From Yuukianura sp. NJ FZ-2021 (taxonomy: Eukaryota): 64,000 bases of DNA. The DNA is taken from positions 7,564,001-7,628,000 of the forward strand of contig CM102284.1 in assembly GCA_046563655.1 (NCBI GenBank), written 5' to 3'. Position numbers and translations under genes: made by a program. Positions 60,633 to 64,000 of this stretch are shown here, in pieces (the stretch's first letter is position 1; the number at the start of each line of letters is the position of its first letter). Under the pieces are notes generated by a model. The model was given only the letters and a program-made list of their open reading frames with translations. It had not been told where the DNA came from and made no database searches.

Positions 60633-61985
60633 GAAACTTACAGCAGAAGCACCATTCCGCACCACCACCGATTTGGCCAAAAGCAGTTTCGAGATTATTC
60701 GGCTTAGGTTCCTTCCAACTTTGAATTTTCTGCATTTGGGGATTCACTTTCACTTCAACTTTCTCCTGCCAAACATTTCCAACAAATCAATTAAAAATTC
60801 ACAAAAACATGAAAATTTTATGAAAACGGTGGCGTGTCAATGTGTCTCTTCTCTCTTTCCGTGAATTTATAACTCGAAATTTCAAACATGAAAGTTCCTT
60901 TTAGACTAATCAGGTCGCCATATTGTGTCCTGTTTTAAACCAACTTTCACTTTCACTGTGCAAATACACAACGCAAACACTTTTCAAAATATTTACATAA
61001 GATTTCAATTTGTTAACGGACAACGTCAACTGAAGTGTGTTGGTAAACTTTGACCTAACCTGAAACTTGTAGTTTTAGTGTAACGTATTTGAAATTTGCA
61101 GAGTTTTAGTCTTTTTTGCACATTTGCGAAAAAACCGGACAATATGTTGCAAAATTGATAAACACGATACGGAACTCCGTGATAATGGAAAAGTTTCTCT
61201 TTTTTTGTAGAGATCAAACGGGTCAATTTGGATTTCAGATGTACAACAACTGGAAAAAGTTTGCAAAAAACTAAAAGTTTGCAAAAAAGTTTTAGTTTTG
61301 TGAAACTTGGAGCAAAAGAAAGAAGACACTTAATTTTATCTAAACTTCACTCCACTTTTTCCTTACTTTTGTTGACACTCTTAAGTCCTCAGTCGCACAT
61401 CTCATTGTGTGTGAGTAACTTTGTGAAAAAACTAAAAGTTAAAGAATTTAAAAGTAAAAGTAAACAATAGTAGAAGTCCTTGTGTGTCTCCAGACGTCAA
61501 CCTTTCCCTTGTCCTATTATGTCAAGTCACGAAAATCAACTGACTGTGGAAGTCGCGACTCACAGAATTTGGTTTTTGCAAATTTTGGTTGTGGTGCCAG
61601 TGCCAAATTGCAAAAACACTCGTGGTTTGCTTTTCCACAGAGTTCCAGCCCCCTCCTAGCACTAAAAAGAAAACAATAGCCGAAAAACTGCACACGACTC
61701 GTGCAGAATAAAGCAGCGACAACTGTATTGAGAGAGAGATTTATTTTTTGCACAGATTTTGCAACTTTTTGCAACTTACTTTACTGCAGAGAGCTTTTTA
61801 CTTCCACTCAAGGACATAAAGCATAGCTAATGGCACTAAAAATTGGCAAGCTTTTGCAATTGAACTCTATTACTACTTTAAATGGAATCAAAAATTGAAG
61901 CCGACGCTTTTTAACCAACTCTGCATCATGCTTTAGGATTTCATCGTTGATAAGGAACAAACACACTCACTGTTTGCAAAACTTA

Positions 61986-62191
61986 GATTTGGCAAATTGT
62001 AAAGTTTGCGAATTTTGCCAATTTCGCAAATCAGGTGCGTCAGCTCTTCTTTCGCACTTTGCAAATTTGTCTAACAAGAACTCGACAAGATTCTCGTGTT
62101 TCAGTTGACATCTTCTTCTTTGTCGGCAGAAGAAGATGATCAGCTAATTTGCAAAAAAAAATTTTTTTGCAAACTTTACAATTTGCAAATC
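61986..62191. repeat. ~205-bp foldback (possible MITE remnant)
   Basis: GATTTGGCAAATTGTAAAGTTTGCG pairs with TGCAAACTTTACAATTTGCAAATC. Inner perfect hairpin CATCTTCTTCT / AGAAGAAGATG at 62109-62138. Confidence 0.6.
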
Positions 62192-64000
62192 ACTTCCCTC
62201 GTGCGTAAGTTCTTATCACCGTCATCGATTTTTTTCACTTTTGAACAAAAAGTATCACCATAACTGTCTAGTTTGAAACCTTTTAGGTGTTAAGTTTAAT
62301 AGAGATTGATTGACTTGGTGCGTGGAGGTTTAGAAATTGATATTTTGGCACGTTGTCTTTTTTGCACAAGAAGGGTGGGCCCTCAATTTGCAAATTCTGA
62401 TAAGTTCATGCATTTTTGATGACCCCAGAACCCTCAAATTCCCAAGAGAATTTTGGTTCTAGAACAGAAGCTTCTAGGTTTTCAATATTTAACAGGACAG
62501 GGGACAGAAACGAAGATAACGCCAAATACCCGGGTGACAAAAAATTCGCCAAAATACCCGGGTAAAAATGGCAACATTTTTGCACATAAGGATAAGTACC
62601 AAAACAGACATCCGATTCTTCATTGTCTGTCACACCCACTTTTACAGTTCTCTCTTTTTCCTATAGTTTATGTAGCGAAAGACTTTTACTTTTTTCATGA
62701 TGTGCGAAAAAAAAAACTGTGCCAATCCGATTACAAGATCTTCGAGATGTGGCAAAAATTTCAGAAAAGGCGAATTTTTTTCTCCAAGACTTTTTTAAGA
62801 ACTTACCGCCCGCCCCGTTCCCATAAAAACTTTTTATGCCCATAACACATTTCTTTGAAATTGAAAAGAAAGTTACATTCATTTTTTGAAATTTCAAAAA
62901 AGTGAGAAATTTTAAAGATGAAGTCATCTTCTCCTCTTCCTTTGATCTTTTTTAAACCTTGTCTTAACATGTCCAAGTCAATTTCAAGAACTAAATTGAA
63001 ATGGAAGTTTCCAAATGGAATTGGAAGGTCATGGGCAAGGTCAAAGATAAAAACGAGTGACCTCCTAAGCGTCAATCTTGTGTGACCTTTGACCTCTAAA
63101 AGAAGGAAGTGAGTGAAAAGCTGTATTTGTTGAAGTGTTGCTGTATCTTAAGCCTTAAGACATTTGTAAGTAAGTAACTCCCTGGATAATTGCCGTTCTC
63201 TGGTACATAAATCATCATTCTTCTGCCAGTTGAGCAGGCAGACGGACAGACGCTTTATGTCTTGATCTTCCGCATGCAGTCAGCAACGTCCTTGGAGATT
63301 AATTTTTTAGTAAAAAAAATTCAAAATTTCAGCTTTAAAAAAAAACAACAAAAAACAGAAACTGCTCAAACTGAAAACTGAATTAGTAAATAGTCAATGC
63401 TAAAGAAACTGTGACAGAATTACAATTAGACTGAATTTTAAAGAATCAATTTCAAATGGCAGGAAATTAATTTCTGAAAATTTTGAAACTGTCTGACATG
63501 TAAGAGAAGATTCATTTCGTAATCCTTTTTAATTTTCCTTTTAATGTGCAACACTTCATAAAATCTGAACTTTGATGTCTACAATATTGCAAAACTACCC
63601 AAAATTTTCGAAATTTCACATTCAACACATCAGAATTGAAATTAGACAAGTTCTGTTTTCGTTACCTGAAAAAGACTAAAATAAAAAAATTAACGTCTTA
63701 CTCTCACATTCTTCGGCACAGATTTTCCAGAACGTGCCTTTTCACAGTTTTCGAAGCACAAATTTTATTACAGCGACTTTATTACGTTGAGGTCACAGAG
63801 GTCAACTGAATCCAAAGACCTCAGGCAGATGAACTATGCACTGGAATGATTGTGTGAAATTTGGAAAATTGGTTTCAAAATGAATGTAATTGCTGTATGA
63901 AACATTGAATTTCGTTTGATTCCTGTTCTTTTGAACCACAGTGTATAATTACCACTTTTTACAACAGCACTTACAGCACACAATGTTGACACTTGAGGAA

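Noticed and set aside
63235-63300. GCAGACGGACAGACG resembling a third HINE microsatellite
   Set aside because: Only about three units, and no subTIR or terminal hairpin found.

Overview
AT-rich eukaryotic genomic DNA with short GT-AG introns. It is almost certainly arthropod; the gene set and intron style suggest a springtail-like soil hexapod, which is inference only. The ORF track fragments most genes, so I spliced them by hand. Gene order: probable first coding exon of a minus-strand gene running off the left edge; SMIM30-like microprotein; DUS4L divergent from two tandem NADSYN1 copies; SEC14-like (CRAL-TRIO+GOLD); two-domain Kazal inhibitor; carboxylesterase-fold protein lacking the catalytic triad; lipocalin-like secreted protein; 1022-aa Pro/Glu-rich protein with an intron-split C3HC4 RING finger; two divergent synaptobrevin/VAMP paralogs; intron-containing, membrane-anchored GH125 alpha-mannosidase (horizontal-transfer candidate); two tandem DUF229 genes; MCTP. 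Non-coding DNA holds Helentron/DINE-1-like non-autonomous elements and several MITEs. No prokaryotic system, CRISPR array, rRNA or tRNA is supported. The best leads are the GH125 gene, the NADSYN1 duplicate that captured the neighbouring gene's upstream DNA and is changing conserved residues, the pseudo-esterase, the hidden RING gene, and the chimeric junction that explains the DUF229 duplication.
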